Positions 1-9,102 are shown, numbered from the stretch's first letter. The stretch is 38,319 bases of DNA from Candidatus Heimdallarchaeota archaeon (GCA_021399345.1 JAAFKI010000076.1:1-38319); one strand, 5' to 3'. Notes: generated from the sequence alone by a model not told the origin. Made by a program: numbers and translations.

Positions 1-147
1 CTTCTCAGCAACATTGGTTCCTTCAATTGTATCATGATCAGTAATAGAAAATAGCTTTAGACCTTCTTGTTGAGCTAATTCAAGCAATTCTTCCGGTGAG
101 TAAATACCATCAGAAAAATTGGAGTGACAATGCATATCAATTTTCGT
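1..147 (-). CDS. PHP-domain metal-dependent phosphoesterase, N-terminal part (runs off the window)
   Basis: Manual translation of the minus strand from 147: TKIDMHCHSNFSDGIYSPEELLELAQQEGLKLFSITDHDTIEG, carrying the PHP D-x-H-x-H-S..SDG and TDHD motifs. Absent from the ORF track; start codon uncertain (ACG at 147 proposed). Confidence 0.85.
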
Positions 148-150
148 TGT

Positions 151-564
151 TTACACCTCAACACGATATAATTTCTTCAATAGAAGGTCTAATTCTTCGA
201 AAATCTGATATGTTAAAAAGATAATCAAGATTACCCATGCTAAAGCTATCAGAATGTAACTAAAATATATCTGGTTTTCAACTACAAAAGAAATACCAAT
301 CATAATACCTTCAAGAGCTAATAATAGTGGAATTGTAAATGCAAATAATGGCCACCAACTGATTTTTCTTTGAACTTTAAGATTTCCATCTCGTTGATGA
401 ACAAAGAATTTGATAAATGCTACAGGAATAGCTACTTGACAAGCTAAAGTGATTTGTTTCTCTGTTTTTTTCTTAACTTTTAGGGTATTTCTTTCTCTAG
501 AAATAGCATCAATCATTTCTATAAATTCGTGATCTTTCAGAGCTAGATATTCGTACTCTTTCAT
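151..564 (-). CDS. hypothetical membrane protein (2 C-terminal TM helices)
   Basis: 137-aa ORF with two hydrophobic stretches, tightly packed between pcp and the PHP gene. Confidence 0.7.
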   Translation of the reverse strand: MKEYEYLALKDHEFIEMIDAISRERNTLKVKKKTEKQITLACQVAIPVAFIKFFVHQRDGNLKVQRKISWWPLFAFTIPLLLALEGIMIGISFVVENQIYFSYILIALAWVILIIFLTYQIFEELDLLLKKLYRVEV

Positions 565-568
565 ATTA

Positions 569-1210
569 TCATTTCTCAGATTTTTTTATGTGCTTAATTG
601 TTGAATCGATAATGATCCCTAGAGCTTTCGTTGTTAGTTCCAATGACATTGAAGGAAGTTTTTTACCAACAACTTGTTCAGGTAAAGATGGAACATGAAC
701 AAATCCTGCAGAAATATTTAGGTTTTCATTATTTATAAAATGCATTAAATGGAAGAAAATCTGATTACATCCATATGTACCCGCGCTATTAGAAATATTG
801 ACGGGAATTTTACTTTCTTCCAAATCTCTTTTAATGTGTTGTAAAGGTAATGTAGAAAAATATCCTGCTGGAGCATTTTTTGATAGTATTTCGTTTTTTG
901 GGGATTCTCCACAGTTGTATGTTGATTTGATTACATCTGCTATATTAATTGCTACACGTTCTAGAGATATTTCATGTCCGGATGATTGCCCTGTACAAAT
1001 GACAGCCAAAGGTTGTTCATGTTGGATCAGTTGCTCTATAGTTGTTCGAATCTTTTTATATCGTAAGGGAATTTCAAAGACTTTTACAGTATATCCCTCT
1101 ATTACTTTATCTTCAAACTCTCTACATGCTAGTATAGAAGGATTAATTTCTGAACCCCCAAATGGTTCAAAACCTGTCAGTAGAATAGTATCTGTCATTC
1201 CAATCACCAA
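569..1210 (-). CDS. pcp: pyroglutamyl-peptidase I (peptidase C15)
   Basis: ILLTGFEPFGG..NPS, LERVAIN (Glu), SAGTYGCN (Cys) and GFVHVP (His) motifs. The true start may be the second Met (MTDTILL). Confidence 0.95.
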   Translation of the reverse strand: MVIGMTDTILLTGFEPFGGSEINPSILACREFEDKVIEGYTVKVFEIPLRYKKIRTTIEQLIQHEQPLAVICTGQSSGHEISLERVAINIADVIKSTYNCGESPKNEILSKNAPAGYFSTLPLQHIKRDLEESKIPVNISNSAGTYGCNQIFFHLMHFINNENLNISAGFVHVPSLPEQVVGKKLPSMSLELTTKALGIIIDSTIKHIKKSEK

Positions 1211-1374
1211 AGTATTAGACCTATGCAGTTATAGTTTCATATTATACTAATATTTTAAGTTTCTTTAGATTTATATGAAATGTTCTGATTCTATGATATT
1301 TCTAAAAATCATTTCAATCTAAAGGTTTTTAAAACTATTTTCCAGATTTCTGATTGTTATAAAGGTGTAAAATA

Positions 1375-2208
1375 ATGGCTGAAAGTGAGCTTCTAAAAAT
1401 ATCTGGTGTTGGACCCAAAGCTGCAAAAACATTAGAAGATTGTGGTTATAATACAATAGAAAAATTAGCTAAAGCAACATCAGACGAATTATCTCAGTTG
1501 CCAGGCATTGGTAAATCTACTGCAGAAAAGATTGTTGAAAGTGCTAAAGAATTTAAGCCAACAGCTAAGGTTCCTACTGCTAAAAAACCTGTTACTAAGG
1601 TTCCTACTGCTAAAAAACCTGTTACCAAGGTTCCTACTGCTAAAAAACCTGTTACTAAGGTTCCTACTGCTAAGAAGCCTATAACAGAAAGTAAAGATAA
1701 AGTAATTCCTAAACCAAAGGTTTCTAAAACAACTCCAAAAGCAGTAGTAAAGAAAACTGAACCTAGACCTTCTGTAAGGCCGCCTGTTACAAAAGCTCCT
1801 GTAAAGAAACCGGTAGCTGTCAAACCTTCAGTTTCAGAAGCTACAAGAAAAGCTATAGAACAAGGTACTCACGCATTTACAATTAAAAAGAAGAGAACTA
1901 AGAAATCTAAACCAAAGAGGTTAGCTAAAATTTCTACCACATTTGGTGTTGTTACCAGAATTTTACATGATGGTGCAGGAAAATCTAAGAATAGAACTGT
2001 TATCATGAAACTCTATGAAACTGAGATCCCATTAGAAAAATATCTTGGCAGAAAAGTTAAAATCAATTTCCCAAACTCTGAGAGACATCTTATAGGAACC
2101 ATTTCAAGACTTCACGGAAAAAGCTCTTCGCTTGATAAAACAGTTGTAGTTAGATTCTCACGAGGTGTGAGCCCCCATATTATAACTGCAAGAGGAACGT
2201 TCCTTTAG
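1375..2208 (+). CDS. helix-hairpin-helix protein with Lys/Pro-rich linker and C-terminal ribosomal protein eL33 (L35Ae)-like domain
   Basis: Two HhH motifs (ISGVGPKAA, LPGIGKSTA). The C-terminus (KYLGRKVKI..IGTISRLHGK..VVVRFSRGVSP) resembles the L35Ae pattern GKKV..G.I.R.HG..V.A.F...LP. GGTG SD-like site 7 nt before the ATG. Confidence 0.7.
   Translation: MAESELLKISGVGPKAAKTLEDCGYNTIEKLAKATSDELSQLPGIGKSTAEKIVESAKEFKPTAKVPTAKKPVTKVPTAKKPVTKVPTAKKPVTKVPTAKKPITESKDKVIPKPKVSKTTPKAVVKKTEPRPSVRPPVTKAPVKKPVAVKPSVSEATRKAIEQGTHAFTIKKKRTKKSKPKRLAKISTTFGVVTRILHDGAGKSKNRTVIMKLYETEIPLEKYLGRKVKINFPNSERHLIGTISRLHGKSSSLDKTVVVRFSRGVSPHIITARGTFL
1567..1686 (+). repeat. 30-bp in-frame tandem repeat, about 4 copies (KVPTAKKPVT)
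   Basis: aaggttcctactgctaaaaaacctgttact repeated at 1567, 1597, 1627 and 1657; the last copy diverges at its 3' end. Confidence 0.95.
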
Positions 2209-2250
2209 AATAGCCATTAATCTTAAAAAGGGATATTACCTTATTTTCAT

Positions 2251-2616
2251 ATGGCAAGAAAAAGAGACCTTCAGAGATGGGCACAAATATTGTCCTACAC
2301 TGGAGGAGTGTTATTTGCTCTAGGCGCTGCTCTTTTATTTCTTAATCATTTTCTTCCTTCACCCTACTTACCAAATGTCGTTCAAGATTTGATTGTGAAA
2401 ACGGTTCTATTTACTGTTCCATTAACTACTATAATCTTGGCTATTATTGGTGTAGTTTTAGGTGCTGCTATAATAATTTTAGTAGGAGCTGAACCTCCAG
2501 ATTTGGTTACTGGTATCATACTAATTATCATTGGAATATTTGGTTTGGGGATTCCGGGACTATTTTCAGTAATTGGTGGAATATTATTTATTATTACTTC
2601 TACCAAAAAACGATAG
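2251..2616 (+). CDS. small Gly-rich membrane protein (about 4 TM), paralog 1
   Basis: Basic N-terminus then hydrophobic helices; shares W..IL...GG.L at the start and IGGILF.I at the end with the next ORF. Confidence 0.8.
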   Translation: MARKRDLQRWAQILSYTGGVLFALGAALLFLNHFLPSPYLPNVVQDLIVKTVLFTVPLTTIILAIIGVVLGAAIIILVGAEPPDLVTGIILIIIGIFGLGIPGLFSVIGGILFIITSTKKR

Positions 2617-2652
2617 TATTTCATTTTTTTGTATATATTTATAAACAGAAAA

Positions 2653-2660
2653 TTTAAATA
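2653..2660 (+). promoter_or_regulatory. putative archaeal TATA box, probably a leaderless transcript
   Basis: TTTAAATA preceded by purine-rich AGAAAA (BRE-like), 20 nt before the ATG at 2681. Confidence 0.45.
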
Positions 2661-2680
2661 TAAACCATATTATTTCGCTT

Positions 2681-3040
2681 ATGGCAAAGAATAAGAAACT
2701 CGCAAATTGGGGCTCTATCCTTGCTATAATCGGTGGAATTCTCCAAGTAGTTGCTGGTGTTTTGATGTTAATCTCATCATTAGCTGCTGCATTGGGAGGA
2801 TTTTTTGAAATATTCAACAAGACTAATTGGTTTGGTGGATTGTTTGGTGGAGATGTACTAATAACTGCCATCATCATTATTATTGTAGGTGTACTTACAA
2901 TCCTCTTAGCTCTTGGACGTTTTGGATTATCTTACATCGTTATAGGTATAATACTAATAATTCTTGGAGTACTCGGAAGCAGTCTTGCAGGATTATTAAT
3001 ATTAATAGGTGGAATTCTCTTCTTAATAGCAGGTTTGTAG
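2681..3040 (+). CDS. small Gly-rich membrane protein (about 4 TM), paralog 2
   Basis: MAKNKKLANWGSILAIIGGIL...LIGGILFLIAGL; collinear with 2251..2616. Confidence 0.8.
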   Translation: MAKNKKLANWGSILAIIGGILQVVAGVLMLISSLAAALGGFFEIFNKTNWFGGLFGGDVLITAIIIIIVGVLTILLALGRFGLSYIVIGIILIILGVLGSSLAGLLILIGGILFLIAGL

Positions 3041-3047
3041 AATCTGC

Positions 3048-3070
3048 TTCTTCTATTTTTTTTCTCTTTT
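3048..3070 (+). terminator. putative oligo-T archaeal terminator
   Basis: Pyrimidine/T tract (ttcttctattttttttctctttt) directly after the stop at 3040. Confidence 0.4.
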
Positions 3071-3113
3071 AGAGTTTTTACAATAGTTTTTATATTTTGA
3101 TTCTCCTCTTTAA

Positions 3114-6101
3114 TTGAAGATTATGTCAGATACAGGTAGATCCAATCCTTCTCTATATTTAGGAAAAGAACATTCTACAGATGAAGATGTATTTTTGCCT
3201 CTAAAGGCTTTAAATAAACACATATGTGTTTTTGGGCAAACAGGATCCGGCAAAACAGTCGCATGTAAAATACTTATTGAGGAAGCTGTGAGACATGAAA
3301 TTCCTGCAATTATTATTGATCCTCAAGGCGATATAAGTTGCTTGGCTATGGTTGAAGATTATGATAAACTGAAACCTTATGGCATTTCAGAGGAGTTTTA
3401 CAATGAATACAAAGATAAGGTTGAGGTTGTAATATTTACACCTGCTTCTGAAAAAGGCATTCCTCTTTCAATAAATCCTCTTATAATGCCTCCTCAAGAA
3501 TTGGACAAAGAAGAGAAAATTTTAGCTATAGATGGTATTGCTACAACTATGGTTAATGTACTCGGATACAAAATTAATACGGAAAAGGGAGGAGCAGTAA
3601 AAGCTTATTTGGTCTCTCTTTTTGATCAGTGTTTAGAAAAAGACATATTGATAGCTAACTTTGAGATGTTAATTGATTTGATTAGAACAGAAGAAGCATA
3701 TCTATCGGAAAGTATTAGGACTTTACTATCACAAAAAGAGAAGGATTCACTAATAAAAAGAATAAAATCGATTAACGTAGGAGCTTCTTCTCTTGTATTC
3801 AATCTAGGACCAAAATTGTCTGTTCAGAATCTGATTCGTCCAACTAATCCAAATAAAATCAGAATTGCTATTATTTTTATGAATACTCTTTCAAACCTAA
3901 GACTAAGGGAACTCTACATTACAACCCTAGCTCAAAATCTTTACACTTACATACGCTCTAATCCATCTACAGATCCTCAACTTATTTTTTACATTGATGA
4001 ACTGGCAGGGCCACCTCAACTAATTCCACCTCATCCAAAAAACCCTCCTACAAAACAGTGGTTACAGCTTCTGTTCAAACAAGGTAGGAAATACGGTCTA
4101 TCTATGGTAGTAGCAACTCAGAATATAAGCGATGTAGATTACAAATCCTTTGGTCAAGTGAGCACTTTTCTTTTTGGTAGATTTGTCACTCCTCAAGATT
4201 TGAGAATAGTTGATAAAATGCTTCAATCTCACCCTGAAGCTAGATTCATAGTAGACCAATTGCAAAAATTTAGGAGTGGAGAATTTTACATTCTTTCACC
4301 AGATAATTTCAGTGCTCCAGTACACATTATTACAAGAAGACTCTACTCAGTTCACCAAACCCTTTCAGATGAAGATGTAGCAAAAATGTATGAATATCCA
4401 CCTACAACCTTATGCAAACAGATAGGTGATTATGATCATGATATTGACTCTGTGGATTTTGAAGATATTGAAAAAGAACTCAATTTAGAAGATTTAGAAA
4501 AAGAATTATCAGCTATTAGAAAATTTACCAAAACTACTAGTTTGCTTGATCAACAAGTAGATCTTATTGATGATGAAGACAATGCAGTTGAAGAAGAGAT
4601 AAGAAAAGCAACTGAAGAAATCGAATCTGAGGAGAAAGATGAAATTGAAGAAGAATCTGACATCTCAGTCTTAGAACCTATTGATCTAACCAATGTAATC
4701 AAGTCAATGAAAGAACAGTACTTGAAGTATGAGCCAGTAGAGTTCAAAGAATTATTGGAAAAATTCTTTGGAACTAGGAAAATAAACTATTTAGGAACCG
4801 AGAGTCTCAATCTTGCATATATTCCCTTTTTGTATCTAGATTTTCAAATAAAGGCAAAGAGAAGAGTTAAGGTTAATTATGCTAATGCTGAAAGATGGGA
4901 AAATGCTTCACTTGAACTACCTATTAGAAGGATTTTTCCTTTAATAGATCGAATAGAATTTGGTGACAAAGAAAAGATTTGGGGACAAACAAGTATTCCA
5001 ATTCAAGCTGAAGAAGTATTTGAAGAACTTATTTCAATTCTTCCAATGAAAAATCTAGGAAGTTTATTTTCAGCATCATCAGCTAATATTAAACAATTAG
5101 AAGTTCAAAGAAAACCTGAATCCATTCTTGAATCATTTCATGATGTTCTCCTGATAGATCAAACATTCTATGTTCAAGCTTGGCAAAGTTGTATTAAAGA
5201 AAGACTAGTATCTATTGAGAAAGAACATGAAGCTGAAATACAAAATTGGTTAGAAGAATTAGAGAAGGAAAGAGATACACACTGGAAGGAAATTGATAAT
5301 AAAAGAAATAAAGTGAAACAGTTTTCAGCAAAAATTGAGCAAGCAAAGGCTCTCTATGTTACTCTTAAACCATTGATTGAGGATAAATACAAATTCAAGA
5401 GTAATAACAATATTACTGATTACAACAAGGCAATAGAAACCATTAAATTTGGCCCTGAGGTTGTGAAGAACTTTGTGAAAGATGTGGAAAAAGCAATTGT
5501 TAGAATAAAGGAAATTGACAAAATAACTAAAGAATCACCCAAAGTCAAATTAATTGAAGATAACCTTCGTTTAATAGCTAAGAAGGAATTCATTATTCCG
5601 AAAAGCTCAGAAATACGGGACATCTATGCTGCTTTGATATATATTCCCGTTTCATTAGCTGAAATTACTGTATCCGATGCAAAAGGAAATAAAATTAATG
5701 TTCATGGGATTGCTGAATCTGTTCTAGGTTCTGAGATTCACTTACTATGTGATTTATGTCTCACAAAACAAGCAGCAAAAATGTTATTTGTTTCAACTCC
5801 AGATGTATGTTCAGTCTGTGGAAGCGTTCTCTGTCAAGATCATACAGTTGCAGATAGCATAACACATGAAATAATATGCTCAGATCACGCAGTTGTTTGT
5901 TCATATTGTAAAAATATTGTATCATCTGAAAAGGGGACCAAATGTGCTTTCTGTGATAATCATGTGTGCGATGATCATATCATCAAATGTTCAACCTGTG
6001 GTAAAGTAATATGTAGTAGACATTCAAAAAAGATAGTAAAAAAAGGTGTGTTCAAAGAGGAAGAACAATATAGGTGTCCAGATCATTCTAAGAGGAAGTG
6101 A
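3114..6101 (+). CDS. HerA/FtsK/VirB4-superfamily ATPase (DUF87-type) with acidic linker, coiled coil and C-terminal multi-zinc-finger region
   Basis: HICVFGQTGSGKT (Walker A), IIIDPQGD, IFYIDE (Walker B), QGRKYGLSMVVATQ (Arg finger/sensor of the HerA clade); repeated CxxC..CxxH at the C-terminus. Start may be the ATG at 3123. Confidence 0.88.
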   Translation: MKIMSDTGRSNPSLYLGKEHSTDEDVFLPLKALNKHICVFGQTGSGKTVACKILIEEAVRHEIPAIIIDPQGDISCLAMVEDYDKLKPYGISEEFYNEYKDKVEVVIFTPASEKGIPLSINPLIMPPQELDKEEKILAIDGIATTMVNVLGYKINTEKGGAVKAYLVSLFDQCLEKDILIANFEMLIDLIRTEEAYLSESIRTLLSQKEKDSLIKRIKSINVGASSLVFNLGPKLSVQNLIRPTNPNKIRIAIIFMNTLSNLRLRELYITTLAQNLYTYIRSNPSTDPQLIFYIDELAGPPQLIPPHPKNPPTKQWLQLLFKQGRKYGLSMVVATQNISDVDYKSFGQVSTFLFGRFVTPQDLRIVDKMLQSHPEARFIVDQLQKFRSGEFYILSPDNFSAPVHIITRRLYSVHQTLSDEDVAKMYEYPPTTLCKQIGDYDHDIDSVDFEDIEKELNLEDLEKELSAIRKFTKTTSLLDQQVDLIDDEDNAVEEEIRKATEEIESEEKDEIEEESDISVLEPIDLTNVIKSMKEQYLKYEPVEFKELLEKFFGTRKINYLGTESLNLAYIPFLYLDFQIKAKRRVKVNYANAERWENASLELPIRRIFPLIDRIEFGDKEKIWGQTSIPIQAEEVFEELISILPMKNLGSLFSASSANIKQLEVQRKPESILESFHDVLLIDQTFYVQAWQSCIKERLVSIEKEHEAEIQNWLEELEKERDTHWKEIDNKRNKVKQFSAKIEQAKALYVTLKPLIEDKYKFKSNNNITDYNKAIETIKFGPEVVKNFVKDVEKAIVRIKEIDKITKESPKVKLIEDNLRLIAKKEFIIPKSSEIRDIYAALIYIPVSLAEITVSDAKGNKINVHGIAESVLGSEIHLLCDLCLTKQAAKMLFVSTPDVCSVCGSVLCQDHTVADSITHEIICSDHAVVCSYCKNIVSSEKGTKCAFCDNHVCDDHIIKCSTCGKVICSRHSKKIVKKGVFKEEEQYRCPDHSKRK

Positions 6102-6673
6102 ATTATATTTCATCAAAACCACACAAAAAACCACTACTTGTGATAGTACTTGCAGGACTTCCGGGAACAGGTAAGTCTACATTAGCAAGAAAACTAACAA
6201 GAAAATATAACCTAGAGCATATAAGTACAGATTCTGTTAGAAAAAGAATTTTTAGAGATGTAAGACGGAATACATTTGGCAGGGGTTCTTATAGTAATAG
6301 ACAAAGAATGATAGTTTACGATACAATCTATTATGTGCTTTATACACTTTTGAAAAATGGCGTGGGGTGTGTTTTAGATGGAACTTTTTATCAAGAAAGG
6401 CTTCGCAGCAAAGTCGGGAGAATCTGTACAAGATTTGACGCTACGTTTGTTCTTGTAATAGTTGATTGTCCCGATGACATAATCAGCAAAAGGTTCAAAG
6501 AGAGAGAGAAAAGAACTAGACGAACCCTAAGTGATGCAGATTCACAAATATATGAGAAATTCAAGAAACTATTTGAGCCTACAAAACTTCCACATATTAA
6601 AGTTAATATGGCTTTAGAACATAATGAAATATTAGAAAGGATTAACGATGCTATCACAGGAAAAGATACTTAA
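6098..6673 (+). CDS. P-loop kinase (AAA_33/COG0645-like)
   Basis: VLAGLPGTGKST, STDSVRK, VLDGTF and LSDAD motifs; GTGA overlap with the upstream stop. Confidence 0.85.
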   Translation: MNYISSKPHKKPLLVIVLAGLPGTGKSTLARKLTRKYNLEHISTDSVRKRIFRDVRRNTFGRGSYSNRQRMIVYDTIYYVLYTLLKNGVGCVLDGTFYQERLRSKVGRICTRFDATFVLVIVDCPDDIISKRFKEREKRTRRTLSDADSQIYEKFKKLFEPTKLPHIKVNMALEHNEILERINDAITGKDT

Positions 6674-7637
6674 TAATTTGCACAAATCATCATTTTATCC
6701 ACATGAAACCAACAAGGATATTCAGATGATTGAAACCCATATTAGTTGGGTTTTCTTAACTGGCTCATATGTATATAAAATGAAAAAATCACTCAAATTT
6801 GGCGATATTCTAGATTTTTCTACAATTGAAAAAAGGTTTCAAGCATGCAAAAATGAACTTTTTTACAATAAGCGCTTAGCTCCTTCTATTTACCTGGAAA
6901 TTGTTCAAATTAATGATAATTTAGAATTTTCCACTGAAGGTAAACCATTAGAATATCTAGTAAAGATGAAGCAATTACCTCAAGAAGATTTGTTATTAAA
7001 TAAGGTTAAAAATAATGAAGAACTATCTGAAGTAATCTTCATTAAACTGGCAAAAATAATTGCTGAATTTCATAAGAAAAACACTATTCATCCTGAATTT
7101 TCTTTATATGAAAATATATTTGAAAAATGGGATGAAAATTTCCGTACAACAAAAACTTATCCTGACTTTCCACTGGATTCAGATTTAGAAACAAGAGTGT
7201 ATGATTTTTTGGAGAAAAACAGAAACTTCTTTAACGAACGCTCCAAACAGGGGAAAATTGTAGAAGGTCATGGAGATTTAATTCTAGCAAATATCTTCTA
7301 TTCCAAAGGAGAAATCATTATTTTTGATTGCATTGAATTCAATGAGATGCTCAGAATCCAAGATATTCTTGAAGAAGTTGCATTCCTCGCAATGGATTTA
7401 GATTTTCACCGGTTATATGATTTATCTGCATTTTTTATGAAAGAATATCTTGAAGGAATCAATAGTGATTTTACATCTGAATCTCCAATGGTTAACTTTT
7501 ACAAATCTTATAGGGCATATGTAAGGGCAAAAGTCTATTACTCTCAAGTTCTCCAAGAGGAACCAGGAGAAGCAAGAGACAAGGTTATAGCATTGTCAAA
7601 AAAGTATATGAAATTAGCTTCTTCATATAATTTTTAG
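6648..7637 (+). CDS. aminoglycoside phosphotransferase/kinase-like protein (COG2187-like)
   Basis: IETHISWVFLTG..YKMKK, LDFST.EKR, EGHGDL..NI, FDCIEFN, AFLAMDL and YRAYVRAKV signatures. Confidence 0.88.
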   Translation: MLSQEKILNNLHKSSFYPHETNKDIQMIETHISWVFLTGSYVYKMKKSLKFGDILDFSTIEKRFQACKNELFYNKRLAPSIYLEIVQINDNLEFSTEGKPLEYLVKMKQLPQEDLLLNKVKNNEELSEVIFIKLAKIIAEFHKKNTIHPEFSLYENIFEKWDENFRTTKTYPDFPLDSDLETRVYDFLEKNRNFFNERSKQGKIVEGHGDLILANIFYSKGEIIIFDCIEFNEMLRIQDILEEVAFLAMDLDFHRLYDLSAFFMKEYLEGINSDFTSESPMVNFYKSYRAYVRAKVYYSQVLQEEPGEARDKVIALSKKYMKLASSYNF

Positions 7638-7659
7638 ATTCAAAAAGAAGGCATTGTGA

Positions 7660-8502
7660 ATGGTAAAGCTTGGATGTCATGTTTCAATATCTAAATCGGT
7701 AGATCTAGCTTTTGATCGAGCTAAGGATAAAGGATGCGCTGTTTTCCAAGTTTTTGTTAAAAATCCCAGAGGTTGGGCAGCAAAAATTCTATCTGAAGAG
7801 GAGATAAGTAGGTTCAAAAATAATCAGTCAACTAAGAAGATTTATCCAAACTTTGCCCACATTTCTTATCTTCCTAATCTTGCATCGCAGAATTCTGAGA
7901 TGTATAAAAAATCAATTGACTGTTTTTCTATTGAAATTGAAAGATGTAAAATTTTAGAAATTCCTTATTTTGTTGTTCATGGAGGATCATATAAAGGGGG
8001 AACTTTGGAACAAGGTTTAAACACATATGTACAATCCATATTAAAAGGAATTGAAACTTCTGAAGGCAAAGTTACAATTCTAATTGAGAACTCATCAGGT
8101 GGAAAGAATTCCTTAACAGGTTCGTTCGAAAATATTGGTAAGATTATGACTGAGATTAATGATTCACATGCAGTGCAGGTGTGCTTTGATACATGTCATG
8201 GATTTGGTTCAGGATATGATCTTAGGGATTCTAAATCTGTACATAAAACTAAGGAAATTATAGAGGACAATATAGGTCTAACTAGCATAGCTTTGATTCA
8301 TGCTAATGATTCTCTAGGAGAGTTGAATTCATTCAGAGATAGACACGAGCATATAGGTTTAGGTTATATAGGTGAAGAGGGATTTAGAACACTGATAAAT
8401 GATAAAGATTTCAATCAAATTCCATGGATATTAGAAACTCCTATTGATGAAAGGAGAAATGATTTAGGTAATTTAGCTTACCTTAGATCCTTAATAAAAT
8501 GA
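7660..8502 (+). CDS. nfo: endonuclease IV (AP endonuclease)
   Basis: GCHVSI, FQVF..NPRGW, AH.SY..NL, IEN, CFDTCH, HANDS, DRHEHIG.G.IG and LETP zinc-ligand motifs. Confidence 0.95.
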   Translation: MVKLGCHVSISKSVDLAFDRAKDKGCAVFQVFVKNPRGWAAKILSEEEISRFKNNQSTKKIYPNFAHISYLPNLASQNSEMYKKSIDCFSIEIERCKILEIPYFVVHGGSYKGGTLEQGLNTYVQSILKGIETSEGKVTILIENSSGGKNSLTGSFENIGKIMTEINDSHAVQVCFDTCHGFGSGYDLRDSKSVHKTKEIIEDNIGLTSIALIHANDSLGELNSFRDRHEHIGLGYIGEEGFRTLINDKDFNQIPWILETPIDERRNDLGNLAYLRSLIK

Positions 8503-8517
8503 AGAAATTGATGTAAT

Positions 8518-9102
8518 CTAATTGAATGGTGGAAAGGCTACATTGAAGATTATTGTGAATAAAATAGCTAATCCTATAGTATATAATCCTGCAAGAAATG
8601 CTGGAGCTATTTCTGGAATTCTTTTCTCTCCAGGTCGAATATCAGTATCAATAAATTTTCCTGTTTTTTCATCAAGAGATTGACCTGTTGCCATCTCACT
8701 CACTATCTTCTTCTTTTTCAGAACTTGTATTTCCTGTTTAACTTCATCTAAGGTTTTTGCCTTTTTACGAAACTTATATTTAATAAATAACCAGTAAGTT
8801 TGCATCATATCTAAGGAAGTTGAAAAACCATATAGAAAAGCTGAAGCTCCATAAATAAACAAGAATAATATTGTTGTACTCAACGAACTACTTGTAAATC
8901 CTAATCCTAGTAAAACTCCTGTTAGCATTGCAGAAAACCAGAGAATGGAAGCTAACAACCAGGAAGATAGGGGCATTTTCATCATTTTATCGTAAAGGAT
9001 TCCTGTTTTTGATACATCAAAGGAATATCCACAGTAAGAGCATTTGTATACTCCTCCTTCAGTAAGTTCAATGTCTGTTAGTTTGCAGAATCTACAGTTC
9101 AT
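8518..9102 (-). CDS. membrane protein with N-terminal zinc ribbon (about 3 TM)
   Basis: CRFC..YKCSYCG, then two hydrophobic helices, a basic loop and a C-terminal TM; GGTGA SD-like site upstream. Confidence 0.75.
   Translation of the reverse strand: MNCRFCKLTDIELTEGGVYKCSYCGYSFDVSKTGILYDKMMKMPLSSWLLASILWFSAMLTGVLLGLGFTSSSLSTTILFLFIYGASAFLYGFSTSLDMMQTYWLFIKYKFRKKAKTLDEVKQEIQVLKKKKIVSEMATGQSLDEKTGKFIDTDIRPGEKRIPEIAPAFLAGLYTIGLAILFTIIFNVAFPPFN

Noticed and set aside
1567-1686. 30-bp repeats as a CRISPR array
   Set aside because: Head-to-tail copies without spacers, in frame within a CDS, and no cas genes.
798-1823. Antisense ORFs 798..1250 (+) and 1494..1823 (-)
   Set aside because: Shadows of pcp and the HhH protein; the repeat in the latter is the reverse frame of the 30-bp minisatellite.
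6648-7637. Aminoglycoside-resistance gene call
   Set aside because: Motifs fit the uncharacterised COG2187 family; the fold alone does not imply resistance.
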